Virus record (IMG/VR): IMGVR_UViG_3300025617_000006
DNA: 64,000 nt
Direction: 5' to 3' (one strand)
From: a virus
Positions within the stretch are counted from its first letter, which is position 1. Each line of letters begins with the position of its first letter. Below, in pieces: positions 30,082 through 40,743 of the stretch. The translations under genes were made by a program, and so were the position numbers. The notes below the pieces were generated by a model. It was not told the DNA's origin and ran no database searches. It saw nothing but the letters and a program-made list of their open reading frames with translations.

Positions 30082-31036
30082 GGATATTGTAAAATTTGGA
30101 CAAAAAACAATGTTAGACACTGAGTTGTTTAATGTTAGTTGGATTCTGGGAAGATTTTGTAATTACAAATGTAGTTACTGTTGGCCGTATGCTAATACTG
30201 ATAAACCGGATCATCAAGAATTTAAAGTATATACACAAACTATTGACGAAATAAAGCGTCAAGCGAGAGAAAACGGATTTAATAATTTTCACTTTAGTTT
30301 TAGTGGCGGCGAACCAACTGCTTATAAATACTTTGGTGATCTTATAGAATACTATAGTAGCGACACAACACCCGAGTATCAAAGTATTCATATGACTACC
30401 AACTTGTCACCAGGGAGCAAATGGTGGAACAAATGGCTAGAAGTAACTAACACCCTTCAGCGTAGAAGTATAACAGCAAGTTATCACGCTGAATTTGCTA
30501 ATGAACAGGAGTTTGGAGATAAATGTCTCCAATTAATAAAAAATAATGTCTATGTTACAATCAATCAAGTTATGGTTCCAGAAATGTTCGAAGAACTTTA
30601 TGAACGCTTGGAACGATTTGCCGCCAGAGGTATTAACGTCACTCTCAAGCCCCAGTCCGATCCAACCGCCTCCCACGTGGTACATGGATACACTGAAGAC
30701 CAGATCACAAGGATGCAAACCGGATTCCCGCAAACAGTTAAGCAAGAGCAAGTCTACCAAGTCGGTCTCCAAGATGCTCAAGGAGTAGAGTACGAGTTAG
30801 ACCAAGCAGAACGGTTTAACGCATTTGGATTTAACAAGTTCGAAGGATGGACTTGTAATGCAGGCTATCAAAGTTGCATTATACGCGGCAATGAAGTAAA
30901 GCGGGCATACAGTTGTATGGAAGAACCGTTAGGCACGCTGTATGACGGTTTTACGCTGTTTAAGACACCATCTAAGTGCGTAACTGCTACATGTGTAAGT
31001 AGTGCAGATAGTAAGATTCCAAAGGCGAAACTATGA
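30059..31036 (+). CDS. Radical SAM protein with C-terminal Cys cluster
   Basis: CNYKCSYC, FSGGEPT, C-terminal CNAG...C...CVTATCVS. Confidence 0.9.
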   Translation: MTTPIPFKDIVKFGQKTMLDTELFNVSWILGRFCNYKCSYCWPYANTDKPDHQEFKVYTQTIDEIKRQARENGFNNFHFSFSGGEPTAYKYFGDLIEYYSSDTTPEYQSIHMTTNLSPGSKWWNKWLEVTNTLQRRSITASYHAEFANEQEFGDKCLQLIKNNVYVTINQVMVPEMFEELYERLERFAARGINVTLKPQSDPTASHVVHGYTEDQITRMQTGFPQTVKQEQVYQVGLQDAQGVEYELDQAERFNAFGFNKFEGWTCNAGYQSCIIRGNEVKRAYSCMEEPLGTLYDGFTLFKTPSKCVTATCVSSADSKIPKAKL

Positions 31037-31644
31037 AAGTTAATATAGAAGACGTTCTGTTTTGGATGGATGCAATACGCAACAGCGATGACCGTTATCG
31101 CACACTTGAAAGTTTTTGGAAAGGCCAAGTACACAGTAAAGAATGGCTAGTTGAAACATTAAATGATTTTGATGATTGTACTGATAAGCATGTAGTTGTA
31201 CATGGCGGCTGGAACGGTGTATTATCAAGTTTATTGTTTAATAGTAATCTAAATATACAACGTATCACAAGTATTGACATTGACCCTGCATGTGAAGAAA
31301 TTGCATACACTATCAATAAGCGTTATGAAATGCAAGGCAGATTCAAAGCAATCACTGAGGATATGTGTACATATACATATCATGAACTAGTTGATATTGT
31401 TATTAATACAAGTTGCGAACATATAACTCAATCTCAATATAATAAATGGTTGACAAATCAACCCAAAGATGCTTTAATAGTATTGCAGAGTAATAATTAT
31501 TTTGATCTAGATGAACATATTAGATGCGCCAGTAATCTAGACGAGTTTGAAAAACAGTCAAATATTGATGTATTATGGAGTGGCGAATATAATCATCCTA
31601 AGTACAAAAGATTTATGTTGATTGGATATAAACAAGATGTATGA
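31033..31644 (+). CDS. Class I SAM-dependent methyltransferase-like protein
   Basis: VVVHGGWNG motif I, ITSIDID motif II, IVINTSCEH. Confidence 0.7.
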   Translation: MKVNIEDVLFWMDAIRNSDDRYRTLESFWKGQVHSKEWLVETLNDFDDCTDKHVVVHGGWNGVLSSLLFNSNLNIQRITSIDIDPACEEIAYTINKRYEMQGRFKAITEDMCTYTYHELVDIVINTSCEHITQSQYNKWLTNQPKDALIVLQSNNYFDLDEHIRCASNLDEFEKQSNIDVLWSGEYNHPKYKRFMLIGYKQDV

Positions 31645-32635
31645 GTATAGCAACATAACTTCAATTCATTTAGAGGTTACTAGTAAATGTCAAGCACGGT
31701 GTCCTATGTGTCCAAGAAGATTACAGGGCGGCCCGTTACTTGAAGGATTGGATTTAGAAGAAATTGACCTCGAAACTTTTGTTAATTGGTTCCCAAGAGA
31801 CTTTGTACGCCAATTAAAGTTTCTTAGTATGTGTGGTAATTTAGGAGATCCAATTGTTGCAAAAGACACATTAGAAATTTTTAGATACTTGCGTGAAAGC
31901 AATTCTGAAATGACTTTACAAATGCATACTAATGGAAGTGGCAGAACTAAAGAATGGTGGCGCGGACTTGCAGAATTAAAAGTAAAAGTTGTATTTGGTC
32001 TTGACGGACTTAAAGATACTCATGCACTATACCGAATAAACACTAACTGGGAAAAGATTATTAACAATGCATCACACTTTATCCATGCTGGAGGAGATGC
32101 TCGTTGGGATATGTTAGTATTTGAACATAATGAACACCAAGTTGATACTTGTGAACAAATGAGTAAGGAATTAGGATTTACTGGATTCAGTATTAAACAT
32201 ACAACAAGATTTAAAGATGGTAAGTTTGATGTACTTGATGACGACTATAATATTACACATACTTTAATGCCATCAAGTAAAAGTCTTAAAATGATACAGC
32301 CGGTAAAGGAAGCGGCACAAGAACTACTGCCTAAAATTAATTGTAAAGCAATACAAGATAGTCAAATGTACATTAGTGCAAATGGAAATGTTAGTCCTTG
32401 TTGCTGGTTAGATTTAGAGTGGTTACCACAGCATTCAACACAGCGAATTGATTATATGATAAAAGTTGGAAAGTTTCCTAATCTGCATAGGAATACTATG
32501 CAAGAAATATTTGAAAGTAACTTTTTTAATACTATTAGTAGTTGCTGGACTAGTACTGGACTTAAAGAGTGTTCAAAACAATGTGGAAGTTTTGATAAAC
32601 TAAATGCACAGTTTGAGAGACACCAGCATGAGTAA
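31637..32635 (+). CDS. Radical SAM/SPASM-like protein
   Basis: CQARCPMC, CGNLGDP, C-terminal C...GNVSPCC...CSKQC. ATG at 31637. Confidence 0.9.
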   Translation: MYEYSNITSIHLEVTSKCQARCPMCPRRLQGGPLLEGLDLEEIDLETFVNWFPRDFVRQLKFLSMCGNLGDPIVAKDTLEIFRYLRESNSEMTLQMHTNGSGRTKEWWRGLAELKVKVVFGLDGLKDTHALYRINTNWEKIINNASHFIHAGGDARWDMLVFEHNEHQVDTCEQMSKELGFTGFSIKHTTRFKDGKFDVLDDDYNITHTLMPSSKSLKMIQPVKEAAQELLPKINCKAIQDSQMYISANGNVSPCCWLDLEWLPQHSTQRIDYMIKVGKFPNLHRNTMQEIFESNFFNTISSCWTSTGLKECSKQCGSFDKLNAQFERHQHE

Positions 32636-33932
32636 AACATTTTGTCCTCTACCATGGATACATTTAGCAACTCGTCCTAATGGAGATGTCAGAGTATGCT
32701 GTACTGCTAATGCAAGCGGCGCAGGCATGGATGACGATAAAGAAGTAGGACTAGTTAAGCAAGACGGCATTAATATGAATGTGCGCGACCATACTATTGA
32801 AGAAGTATTTAATAGTCATCAGATGCGTACTACAAGATTGCAAATGCTTAATGGCGAAATTCCTGCTAGTTGTCGAAAGTGTTTTGAAGAAGAATCTAAA
32901 GGGATCAAGAGTAAGCGTAATTGGGAAACAGAGGTTTGGAAAGAACGCATCGACATTGACAACATAGTGTCGCAAACACAGGCTGACGGAAGTCTACCAG
33001 CGAATATTCCTTACTTTGATTTACGATTAGGAAATATATGTAATTTGAAATGTGTTATGTGTAGTCCGCATGATAGTTCTAGTTGGATTAAAGATTGGAA
33101 ACTGCAATACCCCCAATATACAAACCCCCAACTAAAGCAAGATCAAAATTGGAACCCTAACTTTGATTATACTTGGTATAAGAAAGGTACATTTATTGAA
33201 AGTATGAAGAGTCAAGCAAAGTATATAAAAGAATTGTATTTTGCAGGCGGCGAGCCATTAATGATTCCCGAACACTATTCAATCTTACAATTTATGGTTG
33301 ACGAAGGTTTTGCTAAAGAGTGTATTATTAGATATAATTCAAACGGTACAATAATTGACCAACGCACTTTAGATTTGTGGAGTAAGTTTAAACAGGTTAA
33401 ATTTAATTTTAGTTTAGATGCTATTGATGAACGTAACGACTACATAAGGTATCCAAGTAAGTTTAATGAAATTGAAACAAACTTACAAATGTTGGATGAT
33501 ACACCGGACAATATTATAGTTAATATTGCGTGTGCAGTACAGGCACTAAATGTTCACCACATTGTTGATCTAGCAGAATGGAAAATTGCAAAGAATTTTA
33601 AAAAGATTAATCAAGCCCCATATGGCGCAGGCATGATAGGGTTACATTTAGTTTACCTACCAAGTCATATGAATGTTAGAGTGTTACCCAAAGAAATTAA
33701 GCAGGAAGTATCAGCAAAGATAACTAACTTTGCAACACATTTTTTACGTGATTTTGAATTTAATACAAATCCTTATGGTAAAGAAAGGTGGTTAGGTCTT
33801 GTTAATTATATGAACGCTGAAGATTGGAGTCATAAACTTCCGGCATTACAACAATACCTACAAATAAACGATAAAACAAGGGAACAGAACTTTGTTAACG
33901 TGTTTCCAGAACTGGAGGCATTATGGAAGTAG
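32628..33932 (+). CDS. Radical SAM protein with N-terminal Twitch-like domain
   Basis: FCPLPW...RVCC...CRKC, CNLKCVMC, FAGGEP. ATG at 32628. Confidence 0.9.
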   Translation: MSKTFCPLPWIHLATRPNGDVRVCCTANASGAGMDDDKEVGLVKQDGINMNVRDHTIEEVFNSHQMRTTRLQMLNGEIPASCRKCFEEESKGIKSKRNWETEVWKERIDIDNIVSQTQADGSLPANIPYFDLRLGNICNLKCVMCSPHDSSSWIKDWKLQYPQYTNPQLKQDQNWNPNFDYTWYKKGTFIESMKSQAKYIKELYFAGGEPLMIPEHYSILQFMVDEGFAKECIIRYNSNGTIIDQRTLDLWSKFKQVKFNFSLDAIDERNDYIRYPSKFNEIETNLQMLDDTPDNIIVNIACAVQALNVHHIVDLAEWKIAKNFKKINQAPYGAGMIGLHLVYLPSHMNVRVLPKEIKQEVSAKITNFATHFLRDFEFNTNPYGKERWLGLVNYMNAEDWSHKLPALQQYLQINDKTREQNFVNVFPELEALWK

Positions 33933-34504
33933 GATTTAAAGTAATTTGTAATAGTATTGATCCTAGCGAAATGGGTGATCAAAAAGTCTTCGGAACAGAA
34001 GAAACAAATTCTCATTTAATATTAAGATCATCTGCAAATGAGCAGTTGTTATATCTTGATGGTGCTACAGGAGGTAATGAGCCTATCTTCATCGGACTTT
34101 CTAAATCACGTGGAGATCAAACTAATAAGTTACCAGTAGAGCCAGGCGATACACTAGGAGGTCTACAGGTATACGGTAGAACAAAATCAGGAAACAGTTT
34201 AGGTTATTGTCACGATGAATCCCCACTAACAGGAGCAATACAGTTTTTTGTTAGCGATGATTATGATAAAAGCGGAGCAGTATCATCAGAACTAATTATT
34301 GCACTCTCAGACAATCAAGATATGAGTGTTAAATTAAAAGTTGACAGCAAAGGAAATTTAATTACACAAGGTAGTATAACAAGCGGCCAATTAACTATAA
34401 CAGACAACACAATTGAAAATGTCGGTGCTGTAGAAAAATATGTTGAAGTATATCATAATGGTAAAAGATATGCTATGCCCTTATATCGGATAGACAATGA
34501 GTAA
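33923..34504 (+). CDS. Small fibre-like protein related to the C-terminal domain of the 50271..51551 fibre
   Basis: SKSRGD...GDTLGGL...TGAIQF...DSKGNL matches SSRHGD...GDFVGGI...TGIIAF...DARGYL; ends YHNGKRYAMPLY. GGAGG SD. Confidence 0.5.
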   Translation: MEVGFKVICNSIDPSEMGDQKVFGTEETNSHLILRSSANEQLLYLDGATGGNEPIFIGLSKSRGDQTNKLPVEPGDTLGGLQVYGRTKSGNSLGYCHDESPLTGAIQFFVSDDYDKSGAVSSELIIALSDNQDMSVKLKVDSKGNLITQGSITSGQLTITDNTIENVGAVEKYVEVYHNGKRYAMPLYRIDNE

Positions 34505-35177
34505 GTTTACCTGGAAATACAAAGACTATAAAAATGATAGTCTTAATAGCATTGCAAGGAATATAACAGAATTCCATACTGCTATCTTGTCTGATGTTGA
34601 CTACTCTACAACAAAAGGAACACCAATAGGTACTATTTTTTTAGATGACGAATATACTGTTGAAGATACGAGTGTACTAAACAGCCTACTAAACTACAAT
34701 ATATATTTTAAAAAGAATACAGAAGATAGAATAGTAACAGATATCAAACCTGATTGTGCGGTTGTATTAGCAAGTGGAGAAAAAGCCAATCAAATAGATG
34801 CTGAACACAAATACATTATAGATATAAGTCCTAGAGCATTAGAAAAAACCAAAGACTTTTTAGATTTACCTACAAGTAATTATTACCAAGTTGACCTATT
34901 TGATACAGAACAAGTATCTAAATTTTTAAAGGGTTGCAAGGGCGAAACGGGTATATTTTGTGTAAGCAATGTATTTTTATACCTACCTAATTGTATAATG
35001 TTTGATTCTAAAGCAAGATTAAAAAAACAGAACGAACTAATGAAACTGTTATCACAAGATAAAATTAACTGGTATGTAGATATTGTAACTGTAAACGGAA
35101 CGTATATACAAGCACCAGCAAAACAATTAGTAGATATTTCATTGGACGAAAAGTTTAAGGTGTTGCCGTGGATATAG
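34497..35177 (+). CDS. Hypothetical protein, Rossmann/methyltransferase-like; related to C-terminal half of 42945..44411
   Basis: NTE...VVLASG...IIDIS..AL...VDLF...SNVF pattern. Confidence 0.45.
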   Translation: MSKFTWKYKDYKNDSLNSIARNITEFHTAILSDVDYSTTKGTPIGTIFLDDEYTVEDTSVLNSLLNYNIYFKKNTEDRIVTDIKPDCAVVLASGEKANQIDAEHKYIIDISPRALEKTKDFLDLPTSNYYQVDLFDTEQVSKFLKGCKGETGIFCVSNVFLYLPNCIMFDSKARLKKQNELMKLLSQDKINWYVDIVTVNGTYIQAPAKQLVDISLDEKFKVLPWI

Positions 35178-35812
35178 TAGAACAATTTAACTGGATAAGA
35201 CATAACAGCGGACTTGCTACACTTCGACTGGACATTTCGAAACCAAGTAGTGCTATGCGAGAAGAACTACTACAAAGTCTACACCTTGCAGTTCCTCATA
35301 GAGAGGACGAAGGCAACGGTTGGCGTAGTTTAACACTACACGGACACAGTTCTACAATGACTGACAGTGACGAAGCATATTCAGAACAAGGATTTGTACT
35401 CGGAGAAAAGTCGTGGACTGATGTGGCAAAGTTTTTTCCATTAACGAAAAAATGGATTACGGAAAATGTGCCATTCGAAAAGTATGGTAGAATTAGAGTT
35501 ATGATAGTTGATCCGGGTGGGTATGTCAGCCAACATAAAGACTACCCAAACGGACAATTACTAGCAGGTATTAATGTTGCTATAACACATCCACAAGGTG
35601 TTATTTTTGATATTGAAAATTATGGCAATGTAGAATGGCAAGAAGGCGAATCAAGATTAATTGATCTTGGAAGTCTTCATCAAGTTACAAACAATAGCAA
35701 TGAGCCAAGGATACATATAATTATACACAGCGAACCAATCGATGACTGGGGTAACGAAGTTATGCAATTAGTTTGCGATAGTTACAAGAAGGAATACAAT
35801 GAATCAAAATGA
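35168..35812 (+). CDS. AspH-like 2OG-Fe(II) oxygenase
   Basis: WRSLTLHG, PGGYVSQHKD, LHQVTN, PRIHII. GTG start. Confidence 0.8.
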   Translation: MDIVEQFNWIRHNSGLATLRLDISKPSSAMREELLQSLHLAVPHREDEGNGWRSLTLHGHSSTMTDSDEAYSEQGFVLGEKSWTDVAKFFPLTKKWITENVPFEKYGRIRVMIVDPGGYVSQHKDYPNGQLLAGINVAITHPQGVIFDIENYGNVEWQEGESRLIDLGSLHQVTNNSNEPRIHIIIHSEPIDDWGNEVMQLVCDSYKKEYNESK

Positions 35813-36455
35813 AATTGAACGAGCATTGCGCTGGCAGAGTTTAGTTAATCTCGGCAATCAAGTAAAACTAAAATGGAAGATTGATCATTATGCTGTTGAG
35901 CAACAGTTAGAACAGTTTAACGATAACTGGTGCCCGTATAATGCTAAAAAGGATACACACAATAATCGATGGGGTCTTCCGGTAACTAGCCACACAGGCG
36001 ATGTTATGGACAACTATCATTTGAATAGTTTTGGCCATATGCAAAAGTATCATGATGTTGAAATGAAAGAAGAAAATTTTAACACTCCGACAGATGTATA
36101 TCATAAGATTCCTGAACTTAAAAAAATAGTCGATGTGTTTGCACCAGACATTGGTAGGGTGCATTTACTACGAGTAGACCAAGGCGGATTCTTCCCTCCA
36201 CACAGAGACTTTCACGGAACTAGTCCAGAGTACTTTAGATTGTTAACTGTATTTGGACGCTGTAGCCCTGAAAATTATGTACAACTTATTGACGGCAAGC
36301 CATTATACCCTGAAGCAGGATATGTATATTTTACTAACTTTCAATTAGATCATAGTGTGTTTAGTTTTAGTGATAACTTGTATAGTTTAGTAATAACTGT
36401 AAAACTTAATGAGCGTACACAGAATCTTATTTTGCAAAACACGATGGCAGAATGA
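35799..36455 (+). CDS. AspH-like 2OG-Fe(II) oxygenase
   Basis: GGFFPPHRD...DHSV; the usual terminal 2OG-binding Arg is not evident. Confidence 0.65.
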   Translation: MNQNEIERALRWQSLVNLGNQVKLKWKIDHYAVEQQLEQFNDNWCPYNAKKDTHNNRWGLPVTSHTGDVMDNYHLNSFGHMQKYHDVEMKEENFNTPTDVYHKIPELKKIVDVFAPDIGRVHLLRVDQGGFFPPHRDFHGTSPEYFRLLTVFGRCSPENYVQLIDGKPLYPEAGYVYFTNFQLDHSVFSFSDNLYSLVITVKLNERTQNLILQNTMAE

Positions 36456-37357
36456 ACCTAACGTATCAAGATAATACAAAAGAAAATTGGTTCCTTGTTA
36501 GTTGGACATTGTCTAACAAGTGTAACTATCGCTGTTCTTATTGCCCGGACCATTTACATAATGGTTCGACAGGTCAGCCTAGATGGGAAACAGTAAAAAG
36601 ATTTGTTGAGAACTTTAAACAGCCTAACAAAGACATCTGCTATAGACTTAGTGGCGGCGAGCCTACACACTGGAAACACTTTTTAGATCTTGCTAAACTA
36701 GTAAAAGAAAAAGGACATACGTTTACATTTTTAACTAATGGTAGTAAAAGTGTAGACTACTATAAAACTATATCGCAATACACTGACGGCTATATTATTT
36801 CATATCATCCTGAATACGCAAATATTAATCACATCAAGGAAGTTATACAAGCAAGTAATTGTCCTGTATTCATTAACCTAATGTTAACTCCGGATAACTT
36901 TAATGAAATGTATGATGTTGCAAAACAAATATACAACAGTGCAGATAATGTTAGTGTATGGCCTAAGATTATTTTAGATAAATCAAATATTGATGCTATA
37001 ACAAATACACCTGCAAGTTACACACAAGAGCAATTAGACACAATAACAAATTGGAAATTTTTTAGAAAACTACCCGATGTAAATTTACACAGGGGTGAAT
37101 TAATGTTAGATAACACTCCAGTAACTGCAAATGATTTAATTGCAACAAACCGAAACATGTTTTATGGTTGGAAATGTTGGGCAGGATTGCATATGATTAA
37201 TATTGACATGTGGGGCAATATATACAGAGCCGATTGTAAAGAAGGCGGAGCATTAGGCAATATTGAACGTTATAAGTTACCTACAGAAACAATCCAATGT
37301 GGCAAAAAGGTGTGTGCTTGTCTAAGCGATATCTATTTAAGAAAAGAGACTACGTAA
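36452..37357 (+). CDS. Radical SAM protein
   Basis: CNYRCSYC, LSGGEPT, C-terminal CWAG...C...CGKKVCAC; paralog of 30059. Confidence 0.9.
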   Translation: MNLTYQDNTKENWFLVSWTLSNKCNYRCSYCPDHLHNGSTGQPRWETVKRFVENFKQPNKDICYRLSGGEPTHWKHFLDLAKLVKEKGHTFTFLTNGSKSVDYYKTISQYTDGYIISYHPEYANINHIKEVIQASNCPVFINLMLTPDNFNEMYDVAKQIYNSADNVSVWPKIILDKSNIDAITNTPASYTQEQLDTITNWKFFRKLPDVNLHRGELMLDNTPVTANDLIATNRNMFYGWKCWAGLHMINIDMWGNIYRADCKEGGALGNIERYKLPTETIQCGKKVCACLSDIYLRKETT

Positions 37358-38422
37358 TTCAGGACAAACACTTAGTACATCTGTTCCACGTAGTTGATCA
37401 ACTTTCTTTGTAAAATCTATAAAATTTTCTAAATCAGTTGGACTATCGACAGAGTTGTAACCAGTCTCGGTTAATATATCATGCGGCAATATACTTGGAT
37501 TTAAGTATGCCGGAGTAGTTACTACATTATTAAGATATAATTCATAATTAGGTTTCTTAACACTGTCGTACCATTGTTTAATTTCTTTTAGATGGCACAC
37601 ATTGTATGTCATTACAGTTCCAGCAAATATAACCCGGTCCATTTTATTAAAGTGTTCAAGATTTTCAACTAGTTGTTCAAATGGAAAGTTATTCCCGCCT
37701 CTAATATATTCGTATAGTTTACCAGTGCCCTCAATACTAATATGCCATTTGGTTTCTTTGAACTGATGTGCTAGACTATCAAACTCTAAATCGACAACAG
37801 TACCGTTAGTACTAATATCTAATGTAATGTTTTTTGCAAGATCTAAATCAATTAGTTTTTGCATAATTTGTTTATTAGCAGGCTCCATATAAGGCTCGCC
37901 GCCTTTGATGTTAACATACTGTAAATTTTTAAAGTATTCAGGATATTCAAAAAGTTTATCTACAATATTCGAATCTAAGTTTCTAAAACCAAAGTCGGGT
38001 TCAAGTATTGGACGCTGAACTCCGAGGGATGCTAGTTTAAGATCTTCTTTAATCCAAGCAGTACTATTCACACCACTACACATACGACACTTTAAATTAC
38101 AAACATTGCTCATGTTAAATTCTAAAAAGTATATATCGTTTTGGCCTATGCTTTCGGGTTTTACTATTGGATGTAAAACTTGCTCAAAAAACTTCCTACG
38201 ACTATGTCCGTTAACTGATTCTTTTTTAGTACATTGTAAACAGTTACTTGGAAATTGTCCTGCTCTAATTGTCTGTTGAGTATGTATTAATCCGGAATTT
38301 CGTAAAATAGTCGGAAGATCGTCTTTGAGTAAATTACCATGACGTCCTGTATAAACACAGTCAGGTACAACATCTCCGTTAAATCTAATACTAAGAGCGT
38401 TCCAAGGAGCATAACACTGCAT
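37337..38422 (-). CDS. Radical SAM protein with N-terminal Twitch/SPASM-like domain
   Basis: CYAPW...PDC...CLQC, CNLKCRMC, KGGEP. Confidence 0.9.
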   Translation of the reverse strand: MQCYAPWNALSIRFNGDVVPDCVYTGRHGNLLKDDLPTILRNSGLIHTQQTIRAGQFPSNCLQCTKKESVNGHSRRKFFEQVLHPIVKPESIGQNDIYFLEFNMSNVCNLKCRMCSGVNSTAWIKEDLKLASLGVQRPILEPDFGFRNLDSNIVDKLFEYPEYFKNLQYVNIKGGEPYMEPANKQIMQKLIDLDLAKNITLDISTNGTVVDLEFDSLAHQFKETKWHISIEGTGKLYEYIRGGNNFPFEQLVENLEHFNKMDRVIFAGTVMTYNVCHLKEIKQWYDSVKKPNYELYLNNVVTTPAYLNPSILPHDILTETGYNSVDSPTDLENFIDFTKKVDQLRGTDVLSVCPELRSLFS

Positions 38423-39527
38423 AACTCAAATCCTCCTTAACAATATAAATCACCTCTTCACTGGTGATAACATTATGTCCGATGACATGTATTTGATCTT
38501 GATATACAATAGGTCTTCCAAACATTATGTTTTTTAAATACAAGCCTTGAACTACTTCGCCTAACTTATTAATTTTAAGAATAGGACAACTAGGTGTTCC
38601 GCTTGGAAAGAAGTATGCATTGCCTTTGTATTCAATGCCACATCTAAATCTATATTTGCCACCAAAGTCTATGTTGATATCAAACTGTGTAGTTTCTTTT
38701 GTAACTGTATCAAATACTAGCCCCCAGTTACTATCATTAGCATGTTCATCACCGTAAGGTACGGCAACAATTTTATCACCTAGTAATACACCGCAGTTGT
38801 ATTTTTTAGCAAAGTCTACTCCGTCGATAGTATGATACGTAGCAGTATTTGTTTCTGTATCAAACTCTACAATAGTGTTAAGGCCTTTAGTTTCCCCAAA
38901 TGGTAAACTGTATAATGTATTACCTTTAACAATAATGTCCGTGTACTTTCTAGTAATATTAGGATCAACGTCTAATTCATAACTTTGATATTGTTCGCCG
39001 TCAAAACTTAAAAGCGTATTGTACCCAGGTTCATCGCCTCTAGGCATACTCCAATACCGTCCGTTGCAATACACAGTTCCCATGTGTAGTTTCTTACCTT
39101 CAGTAGGCAGTTTATGCGCTTCTACGCTGTCACTAATATATAAACCATAGTTTGTATCTTCGTACCCCAACGGAAAACTAAATGCAGTTTCACCGTTTGA
39201 TGCAACACTATAAAATTGTCCTTTGCCTTTAAATGGCAATTTATGATTAGTTGCTGTAGTATTTTTAAGTTCGACAACAGTATTAAAGTCATCGTAAATA
39301 CCGTATGGAATAAACCAAGCACTACCATTCAATACAGCAACAGCATTTGTTTTACTAGTTGCTGGGGTTAACTCTAAGTCAATAAACTTTCCTCCGATCC
39401 AAACACTGCTATAATCTTTACAACGTTCTGTTGCAAACGGCGGAGACAGTAACTGGTCATTATACTCTGTTAGTAGTAGATGTTTTATACTTGCTTCTTT
39501 ATAAAAATCTTCAAATGCTTTATACAT
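38391..39527 (-). CDS. Beta-propeller repeat protein
   Basis: ~45-50-aa repeats with a hydrophobic-P(Y/L/R/F/S)G...(F/L)D signature. Confidence 0.6.
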   Translation of the reverse strand: MYKAFEDFYKEASIKHLLLTEYNDQLLSPPFATERCKDYSSVWIGGKFIDLELTPATSKTNAVAVLNGSAWFIPYGIYDDFNTVVELKNTTATNHKLPFKGKGQFYSVASNGETAFSFPLGYEDTNYGLYISDSVEAHKLPTEGKKLHMGTVYCNGRYWSMPRGDEPGYNTLLSFDGEQYQSYELDVDPNITRKYTDIIVKGNTLYSLPFGETKGLNTIVEFDTETNTATYHTIDGVDFAKKYNCGVLLGDKIVAVPYGDEHANDSNWGLVFDTVTKETTQFDINIDFGGKYRFRCGIEYKGNAYFFPSGTPSCPILKINKLGEVVQGLYLKNIMFGRPIVYQDQIHVIGHNVITSEEVIYIVKEDLSYAVLCSLERS

Positions 39528-40743
39528 CTTTAAGATCCGTAGTGTGTATTACTTTTTCTGTTTTTGTATCAAACACAATTACAGTTTGAAACGTGTCACT
39601 TTCTCCATACGGAAAAGCAAAAATAACATCATTAACTATTACGCAATTGTTGTATTTTTCTATTGTAGTTGAATCTTTAAAATATTCACTTATGTCTATA
39701 GTATAGTGCGAATCGTCTGTAGTGTCAACTACTAATATTTCTGCAAGGTCGCCTTGGCTTTTCCAAGTCTCTTCTGGCTCGCAAACACATCCGCCTCTTG
39801 GAATGTAATATATTTTACCTTGACTATTTTCAACACCAGTAAAATATTTTTTACTTTCTTTAGCAATGCCTAAATCTTTAGTGTACCATTTGTCAGTATC
39901 ACTGTTAATAATAAGCATTTCGCTCCAGTCTTCGTCATGCCCAGCAGGTGGAAAGAAAATTTTACCATTGCGAGCAACAGTATGTGAGTAATATTTTCTA
40001 CTTGTTGTAGTAATTCCTGTTTTATGATTACGCCAAAACTGTCCGTCAAATGTAAGTAGAATGTCAAACTTTGGATTTTCACTGTATGGCGGAGCATATA
40101 ACTTATTACCAACTTTAGCCATAGTGGTGTATTTTTTATTAGTTAGATATTGTGTATTAAATTCGTTCCAGTGTGTTCTCATATCTATAAGTTCGTACAT
40201 CATGCTGGTGCAATCATAGTGTATACGATACGGAAAATATTCTTCCCAAGATTCTCCTCGGGGTACGCCGTAGATTACTCCATCAACTATTTGAGTGGTA
40301 TGCCACTTCTTACAGTCGTCAATTGGCAAATTAATTGGATGTAGTGTTACTTTATCCCAAACTAGATCTAATTTTAACACTTGGTTGAAAGGCTCATGTT
40401 CACCATAAGGAAGGGCAACAATATAATTACCGTGTATGTGTCCTTGTATATATTTTCCTTTGCCTTTACATTCTAATTCAATGTAAGTGACGTTGTCAGT
40501 GTCAGTATCAACAACTAACACTTTACTTTCGTTATAAGGCAGGAAATATATTTTATTCCGGTATACTACACCGTGTTGCCATTTTTCTGTAGAATCATCA
40601 ACATCTAAATATATTTTACTAATTTCAAATGTAGTAGGATCCATTTTAAGCATATAGTCAATAGGTTTCGTTAAGCCGTACGGGGGAATATAAATCATTC
40701 CGTTGTTTCCAACAGTGGCGTAACTAAATGCTTGTGGGGTCAA
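39520..40743 (-). CDS. Beta-propeller repeat protein (paralog)
   Basis: About 8 repeats (IYIPPYG, IYFLPYN, IVALPYG, IYGVPRG, LYAPPYS, IFFPPAG, IYYIPRG, IFAFPYG). TTG start at 40743 after GGAG. Confidence 0.65.
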   Translation of the reverse strand: MTPQAFSYATVGNNGMIYIPPYGLTKPIDYMLKMDPTTFEISKIYLDVDDSTEKWQHGVVYRNKIYFLPYNESKVLVVDTDTDNVTYIELECKGKGKYIQGHIHGNYIVALPYGEHEPFNQVLKLDLVWDKVTLHPINLPIDDCKKWHTTQIVDGVIYGVPRGESWEEYFPYRIHYDCTSMMYELIDMRTHWNEFNTQYLTNKKYTTMAKVGNKLYAPPYSENPKFDILLTFDGQFWRNHKTGITTTSRKYYSHTVARNGKIFFPPAGHDEDWSEMLIINSDTDKWYTKDLGIAKESKKYFTGVENSQGKIYYIPRGGCVCEPEETWKSQGDLAEILVVDTTDDSHYTIDISEYFKDSTTIEKYNNCVIVNDVIFAFPYGESDTFQTVIVFDTKTEKVIHTTDLKDV

